A stretch of 63,959 bases of DNA, counting the filler, from Nanobdellota archaeon (lineage in GTDB: Archaea > Nanobdellota > Nanobdellia > Woesearchaeales > CAZZGN01): the NCBI GenBank assembly GCA_051819665.1. It is 4 parts of 4 records of this genome, joined end to end, with 100 filler letters (N's around TTAATTAATTAA, not from the genome) between each part and the next. Parts side by side here need not be neighbours in the genome. Positions count along the whole stretch, not along the records: positions 17,859 to 35,602 come from JBNJDG010000021.1; 3 more parts are not named here. One strand, written 5' to 3'. Positions 18,854 through 29,286 of this stretch are shown piece by piece (position 1 is the first letter of the stretch; each line of letters begins with the position of its first letter). The notes under the pieces were generated by a model. It was not told the DNA's origin, did no database searches, and was given only the letters and a program-made list of their open reading frames with translations. Made by a program: the position numbers and the translations under genes.

Positions 18854-19258
18854 ATGAGGAAAAAATCCCAGATCTGGTCCATGGATAGTGTACTTTCGGC
18901 TGTAGTTTTCATATCTGCTGTGAGCGCTTTCCTGCTCTTGGTCTCTTCGGATCTCGGTACGAATGATGCGGAACAGCTCAAGTCCGATTCCAAGAAGATA
19001 CCCAGGATGCTTACTACCTCAGAAGAGCTCTCTATAGTCGAGGGGGATGAGGTTGATAAGGAAAAGCTCAGGCATCTCCAGAATGTGAATTATTCTGACC
19101 TGAAATCGTCCATGGGTGTAAATGGAGACTTCTGTATTTTCTTTGAGGATAAGGAAGGTAATGTGATTAATATCTCTGAAATCATCGGTGAAGGAGAAGG
19201 TGTTGGCATAGGGAATTCTGAAGTTAATGTCTCCCAGGGAATCAAGTGTTCCTCTTAG
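18854..19258 (+). CDS. Pilin-like protein with class III signal peptide
   Basis: MRKKSQIWSMD followed by a hydrophobic helix. Confidence 0.65.
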   Translation: MRKKSQIWSMDSVLSAVVFISAVSAFLLLVSSDLGTNDAEQLKSDSKKIPRMLTTSEELSIVEGDEVDKEKLRHLQNVNYSDLKSSMGVNGDFCIFFEDKEGNVINISEIIGEGEGVGIGNSEVNVSQGIKCSS

Positions 19259-19293
19259 CAAAGTTTAAATATGAAGATGGAGCCCCGTTCTAC

Positions 19294-20400
19294 ATGTCGA
19301 TAGCTCAACAAGAGAAGTATAAGGTAAAGAAATTCCTCAAGGAGCTGAAACAGCATAAAGGGAGGAATACAGAGCTTGTATCTGTATATATCCCTTCAGG
19401 TTATGATATAAATAAGATCCTCTCTCATCTTAATGAGGAGCAGGGGACTGCGGCAAATATAAAATCCTCTTCCACCAGGAAGAATGTCATCAGTGCCCTG
19501 GAAAGGATGATCCAGCATCTCAAGCTTTTCAAACAGACCCCTCCTAATGGTCTGGCTATATTCTCCGGGAATGTTGCCCAGAGGGAAGGTCAGAGTGATC
19601 TCCAGGTGTGGAGCATCGAACCCCCTATGCCGCTTAAAACCAGAATATATAGGTGTGACAAAGACTTTGTTCTTGAACCTCTCCTTGATATGATTGAAGA
19701 CAAGGAGGTTTATGGTCTTGTTGTCATGGACAGGAGGGATGCAGATATTGCTTATCTGAAAGGAAAGAGCATAGTTCATCTTGCTTCGGCCAGTTCCAAT
19801 GTGCCCGGTAAGACTAGAGCGGGCGGGCAGTCTGCACAAAGATTCGAGAGACTGAGAGAGGGAGCGGCAAAGGAATTCTTCAATAAGATAGGTGAGATGG
19901 TCAAGGACCAGTTCCTTGAGAACAAGGATCTAAAGGGCATAATCGTCGGAGGCCCTGGACCAACAAAACATGATTTCATAGACGGAAATTATATCACCAA
20001 TGAACTGAAGAAGAAGATCATAACAAGGAAGGATCTTTCCTATACCGGCAAATTCGGCCTGCAGGAACTGGTGGATAACTGTGAGGATGTACTGGCACAG
20101 GAAGAGGTGATGAAGGAGAAAGAGATTCTCGGAAAGTTTTTCAATCTTCTTGCAAGAGACCCCGGTTTTGTCGAATACGGGAAGGATCATGTCAATGATG
20201 CCCTCAGTATAGGTGCTGTGGATAAACTTCTGGTATCTGAGGAGCTGGATGATAACTATACTGAGCAGCTTGAGAAGGATGCTGAAAAGGTTGGCAGTGA
20301 ACTGATCATAATCTCTACAGAGACGAGAGAAGGCATACAGCTGAAAGAGATCGGCGGGATAGGGGCAATACTCCGTTTCAGGAAAGAAAATACAACATGA
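19294..20400 (+). CDS. prf1: Peptide chain release factor aRF1
   Basis: NIKS, YRCD, GGQSAQRF motifs. Confidence 0.97.
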   Translation: MSIAQQEKYKVKKFLKELKQHKGRNTELVSVYIPSGYDINKILSHLNEEQGTAANIKSSSTRKNVISALERMIQHLKLFKQTPPNGLAIFSGNVAQREGQSDLQVWSIEPPMPLKTRIYRCDKDFVLEPLLDMIEDKEVYGLVVMDRRDADIAYLKGKSIVHLASASSNVPGKTRAGGQSAQRFERLREGAAKEFFNKIGEMVKDQFLENKDLKGIIVGGPGPTKHDFIDGNYITNELKKKIITRKDLSYTGKFGLQELVDNCEDVLAQEEVMKEKEILGKFFNLLARDPGFVEYGKDHVNDALSIGAVDKLLVSEELDDNYTEQLEKDAEKVGSELIIISTETREGIQLKEIGGIGAILRFRKENTT

Positions 20401-21053
20401 ATCTGGCAGAGAAGGCCTATAGGGCCCTTTATCCGGAAAAAGAACCAGTTTATTCTTTTGAACTAAAATATTCAGGGAAATTCAGCCCCTATAATGGAAA
20501 CATACGTAAAAAGGGCAGGAAGATCTTTGTCTCATTGAGCAGGGAATGGGAGGACGTCAGCAGTGAGATCCAGAAGGGGATAATACAGAATCTCTATAAC
20601 AGGCTTTTCAGGACGAAGAGGAAGACTGATAATATAGACCTCTATGATTCTTTTCTGAAGAGGGTTCATGTGGCAGTGAAGAAAGAGAAGCCAGAGAGGA
20701 GGCTGCTTGATTCGTTCAACAGGATAAGGGATAAGTATCTCGACATAGATATGCCGAATATTAAATGGGGAAACAGGACTTACAGGAAACTGGGGAGTTA
20801 TGAATATGGCAAGGATCTTATCCTGATAAGCAGTGTTCTGAAAGATGCTCCTGACCAGTATATTGATTTTGTCATGTATCATGAGCTCCTGCATAAGAAG
20901 CATAAGTTCAGTTCTTCCGGGAACCGCTCTGTCCACCATTCTCCTGCATTCAGGAAAGAAGAGGGTAGGTTCGAGGATAAAGAAAGGGTAGACAGGGACC
21001 TGAACAGTTTTGTGAAAAAGAAGAGATTCTTTCGGCCTTTCCGTATTAGTTAA
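20397..21053 (+). CDS. SprT/YgjP-like zinc metallopeptidase-fold protein
   Basis: YHELLH...HH.PAF. Confidence 0.75.
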   Translation: MNLAEKAYRALYPEKEPVYSFELKYSGKFSPYNGNIRKKGRKIFVSLSREWEDVSSEIQKGIIQNLYNRLFRTKRKTDNIDLYDSFLKRVHVAVKKEKPERRLLDSFNRIRDKYLDIDMPNIKWGNRTYRKLGSYEYGKDLILISSVLKDAPDQYIDFVMYHELLHKKHKFSSSGNRSVHHSPAFRKEEGRFEDKERVDRDLNSFVKKKRFFRPFRIS

Positions 21054-21191
21054 ATTTATATATCAGAATTCACGGATATAGGGTATATATAAGTTGGGGG
21101 GTGTTGGAGGCCCGCAGCAATGCGGGTGACTCCATTCTTCTTTATTCTTCCGCAAAGTTTAAATATAGTTTCTTAATAGTGGCCAACACGG

Positions 21192-22019
21192 GTGGTGTCA
21201 ATCGATATTCATATAAAGTCTCTTGAGAAATATTATGGTAATTTCAGGGCTGTAAAGGGCATAGATTTCACAGCCAGGAGGGGTGAGGTCCTCGCGATAA
21301 TCGGTCCCAACGGAGCAGGCAAATCGACCACTTTAAAGTCTCTGATAGGTCTGGTGAAGCCAACTAAAGGCACAATTGACTTGGGAGGGAAAGATATATC
21401 CAATATTGGCTATATGCCTGAAGAGAATTCTCTCTATGAGGGTATGAAGACAGAAGAGTACCTGCAATTTTTTGCGGATCTCTATGGTGTGAAGAGAGAG
21501 GCTGCGAGACAGAGGATAGACTATCTCCTGTCTTCGTTGAAACTCGAGAAGGGGAAGAACACAGGCAATCTTTCTAAGGGGATGAAGAGGAAACTTCTCA
21601 TCGCCAGGTCGTTGATCAATGATCCTGATATTTTGATATATGACGAGCCGGCTTCAGGACTGGATCCTTCTACGACAAACTTCATCCTGAATTATATAAC
21701 AGAGCTGCGTAAGCAGGGGAAGCTCATAATCATAACTGCTCATAACCTCCAGCATATTGAGATGGTCTCTGATAGGGTCATCATAATGGATAAAGGCAGT
21801 ATAGTGATAGATGATATTCTGGACAATATAAAGGGCAGGTATGGTAAGAATTATTCTGTAAAATACAGGAAGGGAGATATGATCAAAGAGAAAAGGTTCA
21901 GCAATTCGAGAGAGCTCAATAGTTTTGTAAAGAGGCTAGTGGAACATGAGCTTGAGATACTGGACATACATACAGAGCAGAAGTCACTGCAGGACATCTT
22001 TATGAACCTGACAAAATGA
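21192..22019 (+). CDS. ABC transporter ATP-binding protein
   Basis: GPNGAGKST, LSKGM, YDEP, H-switch. Confidence 0.93.
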   Translation: MVSIDIHIKSLEKYYGNFRAVKGIDFTARRGEVLAIIGPNGAGKSTTLKSLIGLVKPTKGTIDLGGKDISNIGYMPEENSLYEGMKTEEYLQFFADLYGVKREAARQRIDYLLSSLKLEKGKNTGNLSKGMKRKLLIARSLINDPDILIYDEPASGLDPSTTNFILNYITELRKQGKLIIITAHNLQHIEMVSDRVIIMDKGSIVIDDILDNIKGRYGKNYSVKYRKGDMIKEKRFSNSRELNSFVKRLVEHELEILDIHTEQKSLQDIFMNLTK

Positions 22020-23725
22020 AAAAGATACTCAGGATAGCGGCGTTTGAACTGAAGAGATCCGGCAAGGTCTTTGATAAGAGAGTCCTTGCTTTCATAATCC
22101 CTTCCATGATCCTTATACTCCTGTTCTTCTTCTTTTTCCTGCAGTCCGGGGACTTCTTCGAGAACAGATTCTATTCTGTTGACTATGACGGGCTGGAACC
22201 CCTCTTTGAGATGAACGGGAAGATGGTGAAAGCGCCTTCTCAAGAGGCTGATATAAAGGTCCTTACCAGCAGAGGCGTCTATATCAGGAACAGACAGACC
22301 CTGGCATCTAAGGCCGCTACTGAGTCACTTTTGAGCACGATAAAAAGATACAATAATATCCTCTATAAGGATAAACCCTCTCCTGTGATGATAAAGACAG
22401 AGCTTGTGAGGATAGATGATAGTGAGGAGGACAATGTGGATCTTGAGGATTTAGAGGACAGTGGCACAAGTATAGATGAGAAAGATGAAAATGAAGAGAA
22501 TGACAGTCTGGGAGGAAGCGGGGCAGGAGAAGCTTCAGAGAATGATACGGAGGTGCAGGATTCCTCTGCTGGTGTTAATCTGTCATCGGAAGCTGTTTCC
22601 CCTGATGAGGATCTGAAGACCCCTTCTCAATTGTCTCCGATGCTGCCTTTCAAACCAGTCTATCTGGCTCTTAGTGTAATAGTTGTCCTGACTTTCCTGA
22701 GCCTTACTTATTCCAACAGGATATATGATGAGAAAGTCAATAAGAAAGGGCTTTTGCTTCTTACCGCCCCCGTGAAGAAATATCAGCTTATCATGGGCAA
22801 GACCCTCCCCCATATGCTCTTTGCCTTCATACTATCTCTGGGCATCTCCCTCATAAGGACGCAGAAGGTATCTCTATATCTTGTTCTTATCCTGCTTGCT
22901 ATTACTTTGGTGTATTATTCAATCTCCTTTTTCATGGCTGTCCTCTCGAGGAGTTTCAGGGAGCTCTCTTTCACAGGCATTTTCTTCATCTCCATGTATT
23001 CTCTTTTCCTTCTTGTTCCTGCTTTCATGATAAGCTTCTCGGAAGCGAGCATGGCCTCGCCCCTGACTGCTGTAGTGAAGATCCTCATGGGTGAGAGCAT
23101 TACTCTCGGCCATTTCCTCTTTGCCTTCATCCCTCAGGTGCTCCTTGCGCTTCTTTTCTTCTTCATCGGCTCTAAGATAATGACGGGGGAGAACCTTTTC
23201 ACCTATAAGAACCTCCCTTCGAAGATAATAGATGCATTCGATAATTTCATCAGGAAGCCTTACTATATCCTCTTGGCTTCGATGGGGATGATCCCTTTTG
23301 TCTTCTTAACAGAACTCCTTCTTATTGTGGTTTTGATCTCCTCGAATGATGTAATGCTATTGGTTCTTCTCCTGGGTGCTCTCACCGAGGAATTCTTCAA
23401 GTCTCTCGGGATCTATACAGTTCTCTCCAGGAGGAAGTTCAGGATGAATAATGCAAGATCACTTGTCTTGGGATTTCTGGCGGGTCTTGGTTTCTTCATA
23501 GGGGAGAAACTGCTTCTCCTGGTAATGATAAAGGGCTTCATAAAACAGTATGCCCTTATAATCCTCTCCGGCCTGTTCGTCCCTTTGGTCCTTCATATAG
23601 TCCTGTCGATGATCTTCTCTTTCATGACATACAAGCTGGGAAGGAGGTCCTATCTGCTTAATCTTATAGTGGTCTCTGCACTCCATTTTTCGGCCAATTA
23701 TTTCCTGGCTGGGGGCCTGGTATAG
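22016..23725 (+). CDS. ABC-2-type permease fused to PrsW-like intramembrane protease domain
   Basis: Multi-TM permease; C-terminal EEFFK, GFFIGE, LH...LH..AN motifs. Confidence 0.7.
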   Translation: MKKILRIAAFELKRSGKVFDKRVLAFIIPSMILILLFFFFFLQSGDFFENRFYSVDYDGLEPLFEMNGKMVKAPSQEADIKVLTSRGVYIRNRQTLASKAATESLLSTIKRYNNILYKDKPSPVMIKTELVRIDDSEEDNVDLEDLEDSGTSIDEKDENEENDSLGGSGAGEASENDTEVQDSSAGVNLSSEAVSPDEDLKTPSQLSPMLPFKPVYLALSVIVVLTFLSLTYSNRIYDEKVNKKGLLLLTAPVKKYQLIMGKTLPHMLFAFILSLGISLIRTQKVSLYLVLILLAITLVYYSISFFMAVLSRSFRELSFTGIFFISMYSLFLLVPAFMISFSEASMASPLTAVVKILMGESITLGHFLFAFIPQVLLALLFFFIGSKIMTGENLFTYKNLPSKIIDAFDNFIRKPYYILLASMGMIPFVFLTELLLIVVLISSNDVMLLVLLLGALTEEFFKSLGIYTVLSRRKFRMNNARSLVLGFLAGLGFFIGEKLLLLVMIKGFIKQYALIILSGLFVPLVLHIVLSMIFSFMTYKLGRRSYLLNLIVVSALHFSANYFLAGGLV

Positions 23726-24751
23726 ATGCTTCCCGTCCTGAGAAAGATAATGAACGACCTGCTGAAAGAGAAGACATTCGTCTTCGTGCTTCTTCTGCAG
23801 GTCTTCCTCGTGCTCTCGATGACCGTCATCCTCAATTTTACAGGAGTCTTCTTTAATCCTGAGTCGATGATAGAGGATGAGGTGAATATTGGTGTTATCG
23901 GAAAAGGTGCTTTCTCAGAATACCTTGCCGGCGAGAAGACAAGCATAACATATTATACCTCTCAGACCGAAGCGCTTGATGAGTTCAGGGAAGGAAAAAC
24001 AGACGCTGTCGTGGACGAGGTGAGAGGACCTATCCCTTCTGTATTGAAACTCTATCTCCCCGAGTCCAAGCTCAAATCCTCTGTTGTGATGTCGGTGATG
24101 AAGGAAAGGCTTGAATCATTCGAGGATGAGAGGCGGAACCAGCTTTTCGATGAGCCTTCCATCCGTCTCAGCCAGGTGTCTGTCAATGGCGGCAGGAGCA
24201 AGGGCTCAGAACATATTTTCGAGGTGCTTTACGGTTTCCTCATACCTTTCTTATTCCTTGTGCCCATATTCCTTATAGGTTCGCTGATAATAGATAATGT
24301 ATCTGAAGAGATAGAGAGCGGGACCATGTCGTTATTGCTCACAGCCACTTCCTTACGGAGATTTATCCTTGAGACTGTGGCTGCAGCTCTTATAATAACT
24401 TTCCTCCAGGTGTTCCTGTGGTTGATCCTGATCACAGTGAAGGGTATCCTTGTTTCTGAAGTCCTGCTTATGCTCTCTTATATACTGGTGTTCTCTCTCT
24501 TCATATTCGCCGTTGCTTCTTCTTTATCCCTCTTCCTGAGGAACAAGACGAGGACGCAGTTGGTTTATTCCATCATAGTCATGTTCATTTCGATCACTCC
24601 GGGGCTTTTCTTCTTCAATCCGGTGAATGTCCTGTCAAAATCAGCTATAGGGGTCGAGATGCCTTCTCTGATATCTTTCCTCATCCCTCTGGCATTAGCA
24701 GGTGCTCTTTTTTATATTATGCCGAGAAAAAATCACAATATTTATAAATGA
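23726..24751 (+). CDS. ABC-2-type permease
   Basis: N-terminal TM, extracellular loop, EEIESGT...LL motif, five C-terminal TMs. Confidence 0.8.
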   Translation: MLPVLRKIMNDLLKEKTFVFVLLLQVFLVLSMTVILNFTGVFFNPESMIEDEVNIGVIGKGAFSEYLAGEKTSITYYTSQTEALDEFREGKTDAVVDEVRGPIPSVLKLYLPESKLKSSVVMSVMKERLESFEDERRNQLFDEPSIRLSQVSVNGGRSKGSEHIFEVLYGFLIPFLFLVPIFLIGSLIIDNVSEEIESGTMSLLLTATSLRRFILETVAAALIITFLQVFLWLILITVKGILVSEVLLMLSYILVFSLFIFAVASSLSLFLRNKTRTQLVYSIIVMFISITPGLFFFNPVNVLSKSAIGVEMPSLISFLIPLALAGALFYIMPRKNHNIYK

Positions 24752-24798
24752 TAATCTCTTGCCTGTTAGAAGAGAGAGAAAGAGGAGAGCTCTATTCT

Positions 24799-25116
24799 AT
24801 GGCAATGAAACCCATATCACCAAGTCTGAGAGAAAAGAAAAGGTATCTCAAGTTCAGGATTTCAGAGAATATTCCTGCAAAAGAGGTGAAGAAAGCGGTC
24901 CTTTCTTCGGTAAGGAGGTTCATGGGCATAGAGGGTTCTTCAAGGATGGGTGTTATTTTTATAGATTTTAAGGATAGGTGCGGTATTGTGAGGGTCAACA
25001 GGGATTATGTTGATCATCTCAGGATGGCGCTGATGCTCATAAAGAACATAAACAATAGGAAAGTCTTTTTCAGGACTCTTGCGGTCAGCGGGATCCTGGA
25101 TAGGGTAAAAAGGTGA
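24799..25116 (+). CDS. rnp2: RNase P protein Pop5/Rpp14
   Basis: PSLREKKRYL...SG motif; position upstream of psmA. Confidence 0.88.
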   Translation: MAMKPISPSLREKKRYLKFRISENIPAKEVKKAVLSSVRRFMGIEGSSRMGVIFIDFKDRCGIVRVNRDYVDHLRMALMLIKNINNRKVFFRTLAVSGILDRVKR

Positions 25117-25120
25117 GATA

Positions 25121-25849
25121 ATGCAACAACCGATGCAACATCAGATGATGGGATACGACAGAGCAATAACCATGTTCAGCCCGGACGGAAGGCTGCTCCA
25201 GGTAGAATATGCAAAGAAGACAGTGAAACAGGGATCAACAGCAGTAGGCCTTACATGCAAGGACGGTGTGGTTCTCGTGACCGATAAGAGGATAGTTGAT
25301 TCTCTCGTGGTCCCGGAGTCAGTGGAGAAGATCTTCCAGATAGATGATCATATAGCCACGACAGCCTCAGGAATCCTCTCTGATGCAAGGGTGCTGGTAG
25401 AAAGGGCCCAGACAAAATCGCAACAGCACAAGGTCACTTACGATACGCCGATTGATGTTATCAGTGTGGTGAAGAATGTATGTGACTTAAAGCAGATATG
25501 CACACAGTCAGGGGGATTAAGGCCTTTCGGAGTGAGTCTTCTCATTGGAGGCATTGATGAGGACAAATCAAGGCTCTTTGTCACTGATCCTACGGGCATT
25601 TATTTCGAGTATAAGGCTGCTGTCATAGGAGAAGGCGAAGAGAAGATAAACAAGATACTTCATGACGAGTACAAACCTTCCCTTAAGGTGAATGATGGTA
25701 TAAAGCTAGCCATGAAAGCCCTTAAGAAATCTCTTGATGAGGATTTTGATTCCAACAGGCTTGACTGTGTATATATAAAGAAGGATGAGAAGAAGTTTAA
25801 AAGGATGAATCAGGAAGAGATGGATAAGATAAACGAAGAGGTGAAATGA
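25121..25849 (+). CDS. psmA: Proteasome alpha subunit
   Basis: GYDRAITMFSPDGRLLQVEYA, RPFGVSLL. Confidence 0.97.
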   Translation: MQQPMQHQMMGYDRAITMFSPDGRLLQVEYAKKTVKQGSTAVGLTCKDGVVLVTDKRIVDSLVVPESVEKIFQIDDHIATTASGILSDARVLVERAQTKSQQHKVTYDTPIDVISVVKNVCDLKQICTQSGGLRPFGVSLLIGGIDEDKSRLFVTDPTGIYFEYKAAVIGEGEEKINKILHDEYKPSLKVNDGIKLAMKALKKSLDEDFDSNRLDCVYIKKDEKKFKRMNQEEMDKINEEVK

Positions 25850-26556
25850 AGATGTCTTCGCAACCTTTTGAGAGAGTACATCTTAATCTGGCCAGGATGA
25901 AGAAAGGAGGCACACACTTTGAGGTGCCCATAGACCCTGACCTTGCGATGGAATTCAAGAAAGGTAAAGACATTGATGTAAGAGAGATGGTCCAGTCAGA
26001 GGACGTCTTTTTCGATGCGCAGAAAGGAGAGCTGGTCTCCAGGGAAGAGCTCAGGAAAGTATTTGGTACTGATGAGACCCTTGAAGCGATAAAGGAGATA
26101 ATAAGGGAAGGCGAGATCCAGCTCACTTCAGAGTACAGGAAAAAGATGAAGGATGAGAAGAGGAACAAGGTCCTCAATATGATCCATAAGAATTCTGTGG
26201 ATCCGAAGACAGGTTATCCTCATCCGATGACCAGGATCGAGAATGCCTTTGAAGAGGCAAGGATCAGGATAGACGAGTACAGGACAGCTGAAGAGCAGGT
26301 ACAGCCGATATTGAAGAAACTCAAGCCTCTTCTGCCTATCAAGTTCGAGAAGAAGACGGTTGAAGTCACTCTCCCTGCACAATACGCAGGTAAGAGCTAT
26401 AGTCTTGTACAGAGCTATCTTGATGTCAAAGAAGATACATGGAACTCCGACGGAAGCTGGACCTGTAAAGGCGAGATTCCCGGAGGGATGACAAACGAGT
26501 TTTACGAGAAGATAAATGACGTAACACACGGTAATGTTGAATGTAAAGAAAGGTGA
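25846..26556 (+). CDS. Ribosome assembly factor SBDS
   Basis: GEIQLT, DPKTGYPHP..RIENA; exosome-cluster synteny. Confidence 0.93.
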   Translation: MKMSSQPFERVHLNLARMKKGGTHFEVPIDPDLAMEFKKGKDIDVREMVQSEDVFFDAQKGELVSREELRKVFGTDETLEAIKEIIREGEIQLTSEYRKKMKDEKRNKVLNMIHKNSVDPKTGYPHPMTRIENAFEEARIRIDEYRTAEEQVQPILKKLKPLLPIKFEKKTVEVTLPAQYAGKSYSLVQSYLDVKEDTWNSDGSWTCKGEIPGGMTNEFYEKINDVTHGNVECKER

Positions 26557-26561
26557 GATAC

Positions 26562-27251
26562 ATGAGTGAAATAAGTATAGAGAACAAACAGGTGGTCACG
26601 CCCGGTGAACAGTTAGCGACCGGAATGGACTACCTGCCAGGAGATGGCACCTACAGAGAAGGGGATGCTATCAGGGCGAACAAGATGGGCATAGCCAAGC
26701 TTGACGGCAGGGCATTAAGGATTGTCCCTGTGTCAGGAACTTATCTGCCCAGACAAGGAGATGTAATAATAGGGAAAGTGAAAGATGTCACTTACAGCGG
26801 TTGGATCATAGACACATCCTGTGCTTATAGTGCGATGCTTTCGCTGAAGGATGCTACTTCCAGCTTCATAAGCAGAGGAGCTGACCTGACTAAATATTAC
26901 ACTTTCGGGGACAGGATCGTAGCGAAGATTTACAATGTGACTTCCCAGAACCTGATCGATCTTACTCTCAAGGGCCCGGGTTTGAAGAAACTCGAGCCGG
27001 GAAGGATAATCGAGGTCAACCCGAATAAGGTGCCGAGGATAATCGGTAAGAATGGCAGTATGATCTCCATGGTTAAAGAGTCAACCAACTGTCAGGTTGT
27101 CGTCGGCCAGAACGGCGTGATCTGGATAAAAGGTGAACCCAAGGATGAGATCAAGACTGTGGAAGCTATAAAGAAGATCGAAGAAAATTCACATATCTCA
27201 GGTCTGACAGACGAGATACAGAAATTCTTGAAAGGTGAGGAAAATGTATAA
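26562..27251 (+). CDS. rrp4: Exosome subunit Rrp4
   Basis: VTPGE, S1 and KH domains, KVPRIIGKNGSM. Confidence 0.94.
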   Translation: MSEISIENKQVVTPGEQLATGMDYLPGDGTYREGDAIRANKMGIAKLDGRALRIVPVSGTYLPRQGDVIIGKVKDVTYSGWIIDTSCAYSAMLSLKDATSSFISRGADLTKYYTFGDRIVAKIYNVTSQNLIDLTLKGPGLKKLEPGRIIEVNPNKVPRIIGKNGSMISMVKESTNCQVVVGQNGVIWIKGEPKDEIKTVEAIKKIEENSHISGLTDEIQKFLKGEENV

Positions 27252-27951
27252 GGAAAGACTCGACGGAAGAGGCTTTGATGAGCTCAGACCGATGGACGCT
27301 AAAGTAGGGGTAATAAGGAGAGCCCAGGGCTCAGCAATGTTCAAGATGGGAGATACTGTAGCTTATGCTGCAGTCTATGGTCCGAGGGACATGTACCCGC
27401 GGTTCCTCAAGAACCCTGAAAGAGGATTGTTGAGATGCAATTACAGCATGATGCCCTTCTCGGGCAGCGGTGACAGGGTAAGACCCGGACCCAACAGGAG
27501 AGCCAAAGAGATATCCATGGTGACTGAGAAGGCTCTCGGTCCGGTTGTAGAGCTTGACAAGTTCCCGAATTCAGCAGTTGATGTATTCATAGAACTCCCG
27601 CAGACCGATGCAGGAAGCAGGTGTGCAGGTATCTGTGCAGCTTCGCTTGCGCTTGCGGATGCGGGCGTGGAGATGAAGGATCTGGTTTCAGCAGTAGCTG
27701 TCGGAAGGGTTGATGATAAGATCGTAGTTGACCTTGATTACCAGGAGGAAGCTTATGAAGGTGGACCTGTTGCAGACATTCCGATGGCTGTAATCCCTAC
27801 TTCAGGCGAGATCTCGCTCCTGCAGATGGATGGTGAGATCTCTGCAGACATGTTAGACGAGGCTATGAAGAAAGCTGAAACGGCCGTCAAGAAGATTACA
27901 GATGTCCAAAGGAAAGCTTTAAAAGAGAAATTTGGTGAGAAAAATGACTAA
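27244..27951 (+). CDS. rrp41: Exosome subunit Rrp41
   Basis: RLDGRGFDELRP, AVYGPR, DAGSRCAG. Confidence 0.94.
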   Translation: MYKERLDGRGFDELRPMDAKVGVIRRAQGSAMFKMGDTVAYAAVYGPRDMYPRFLKNPERGLLRCNYSMMPFSGSGDRVRPGPNRRAKEISMVTEKALGPVVELDKFPNSAVDVFIELPQTDAGSRCAGICAASLALADAGVEMKDLVSAVAVGRVDDKIVVDLDYQEEAYEGGPVADIPMAVIPTSGEISLLQMDGEISADMLDEAMKKAETAVKKITDVQRKALKEKFGEKND

Positions 27952-28723
27952 AGAGAATTATGAAAATCTCAGGAAACACGTTCTCAATTACCTTGAAAAT
28001 GGGATAAGGTATGACGGCAGGAAGAAAGAGCAGTTCAGGGATGTTTCTGTTGAATACGGTATATCCAAGACTGCAGAAGGTTCTGCCACTGTCACCATAG
28101 GTGAGACCAAGGTGATGGCTGGTGTGAAGATGGCAGTTGAGGCTCCTTTCCCGGATACGCCGGACGAAGGAGTATTGATGGTCAATGCCGAGCTTCTGCC
28201 GATGTCCAACCCTGAGTTTGAAGCTGGTCCGCCTGATATAAGGGCGATCGAGCTTGCCAGGGTAGTTGACAGGGGAATCAGAGAATCCGGAGCAGTTGAT
28301 ACTAAGAAGTTATGCATTGAAGAAGGCCAGAAAGTATGGGCTATCATGGTTGATGTCTGTACTATCAATGATGAGGGTAACCTCCTTGATTGCGCCGGCT
28401 TAGCTGCTATCTCTGCTCTTAAGGATGCCAAGTTCCCAAAATACGAGAACGGCAAGGTAGATTACAAACAGAAGACAGATAAGAGCATTGAGCTTGCTAA
28501 ACACCCGGTGCCGGTCACTGTATATAAGGTCGGCGGACATTATGTAGTTGATCCTCTTATCGATGAGGAGCTGGCAACCGATGCTAGGCTGACTGTGACC
28601 TCTCTCGAGGACGGAAACCTGTGCGCACTTCAGAAGGGTGGAGATGATTCACTCAATCACGAAGATGTTAACAAGATGGTTTCGCTGGCTCTTGAGAGAT
28701 CCAAGGAGATCAGGGAGAAGTGA
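27944..28723 (+). CDS. rrp42: Exosome subunit Rrp42
   Basis: PFPDTPDEG, ELARVVDRGIRES, ALQKGG. Confidence 0.94.
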   Translation: MTKENYENLRKHVLNYLENGIRYDGRKKEQFRDVSVEYGISKTAEGSATVTIGETKVMAGVKMAVEAPFPDTPDEGVLMVNAELLPMSNPEFEAGPPDIRAIELARVVDRGIRESGAVDTKKLCIEEGQKVWAIMVDVCTINDEGNLLDCAGLAAISALKDAKFPKYENGKVDYKQKTDKSIELAKHPVPVTVYKVGGHYVVDPLIDEELATDARLTVTSLEDGNLCALQKGGDDSLNHEDVNKMVSLALERSKEIREK

Positions 28724-28728
28724 GTCTG

Positions 28729-28950
28729 ATGGAATACACAAAATACGAGAAGGCCAGGATGATAGGTAGCAGGGCTCTGCAGATCTCCATGGGAGCGCCT
28801 TTCTCTGTCAAGATAGCCAAGAAGAAGCTTGAAGAGTTAAGGTATAACCCGGTGGAGATCGCTAAGCTCGAGTTCGAGAAAGGCGCTCTGCCTATAACTG
28901 TTGTAAGGCCTCATCCAGGTATCAAAGAGGATGAAGGAGATAACAGCTGA
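28729..28950 (+). CDS. rpoK: RNA polymerase subunit K (Rpo6)
   Basis: TKYEKARMIGSRALQISMGAP...LPITV.R. Confidence 0.94.
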   Translation: MEYTKYEKARMIGSRALQISMGAPFSVKIAKKKLEELRYNPVEIAKLEFEKGALPITVVRPHPGIKEDEGDNS

Positions 28951-29218
28951 GAAACTGGACAAGTATTTTTCTGTCACTCAGGAGGCGCTTGAGAAAGTTA
29001 AGATAAGCTCTCCTGAGAAGACATATTTTTTCAGGATTGCTGAAGATCACCTGGCCATGGCCAGGGATTATTTTTCTGATGCAAAGCATTTCAGGGAGAA
29101 AGGTGATTTCTTGAATGCTTTTGCAGCCTTGAATTATGCACATGGCTGGCTTGATGCCGGTGCAAGACTGGGAGCTTTCGATGTAGATCATGATTCAAAG
29201 CTTTTTACGGTCGATTGA
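28931..29218 (+). CDS. DUF357-family protein
   Basis: Y.SDAKHF...GD..NAFAALNYAHGWLDAG. Confidence 0.85.
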   Translation: MKEITAEKLDKYFSVTQEALEKVKISSPEKTYFFRIAEDHLAMARDYFSDAKHFREKGDFLNAFAALNYAHGWLDAGARLGAFDVDHDSKLFTVD

Positions 29219-29286
29219 TCACTTAGAGAACAAAATATCATGATTTTACATCATTTTTATAAATAAACACTCTTTTCCTAATTGTT

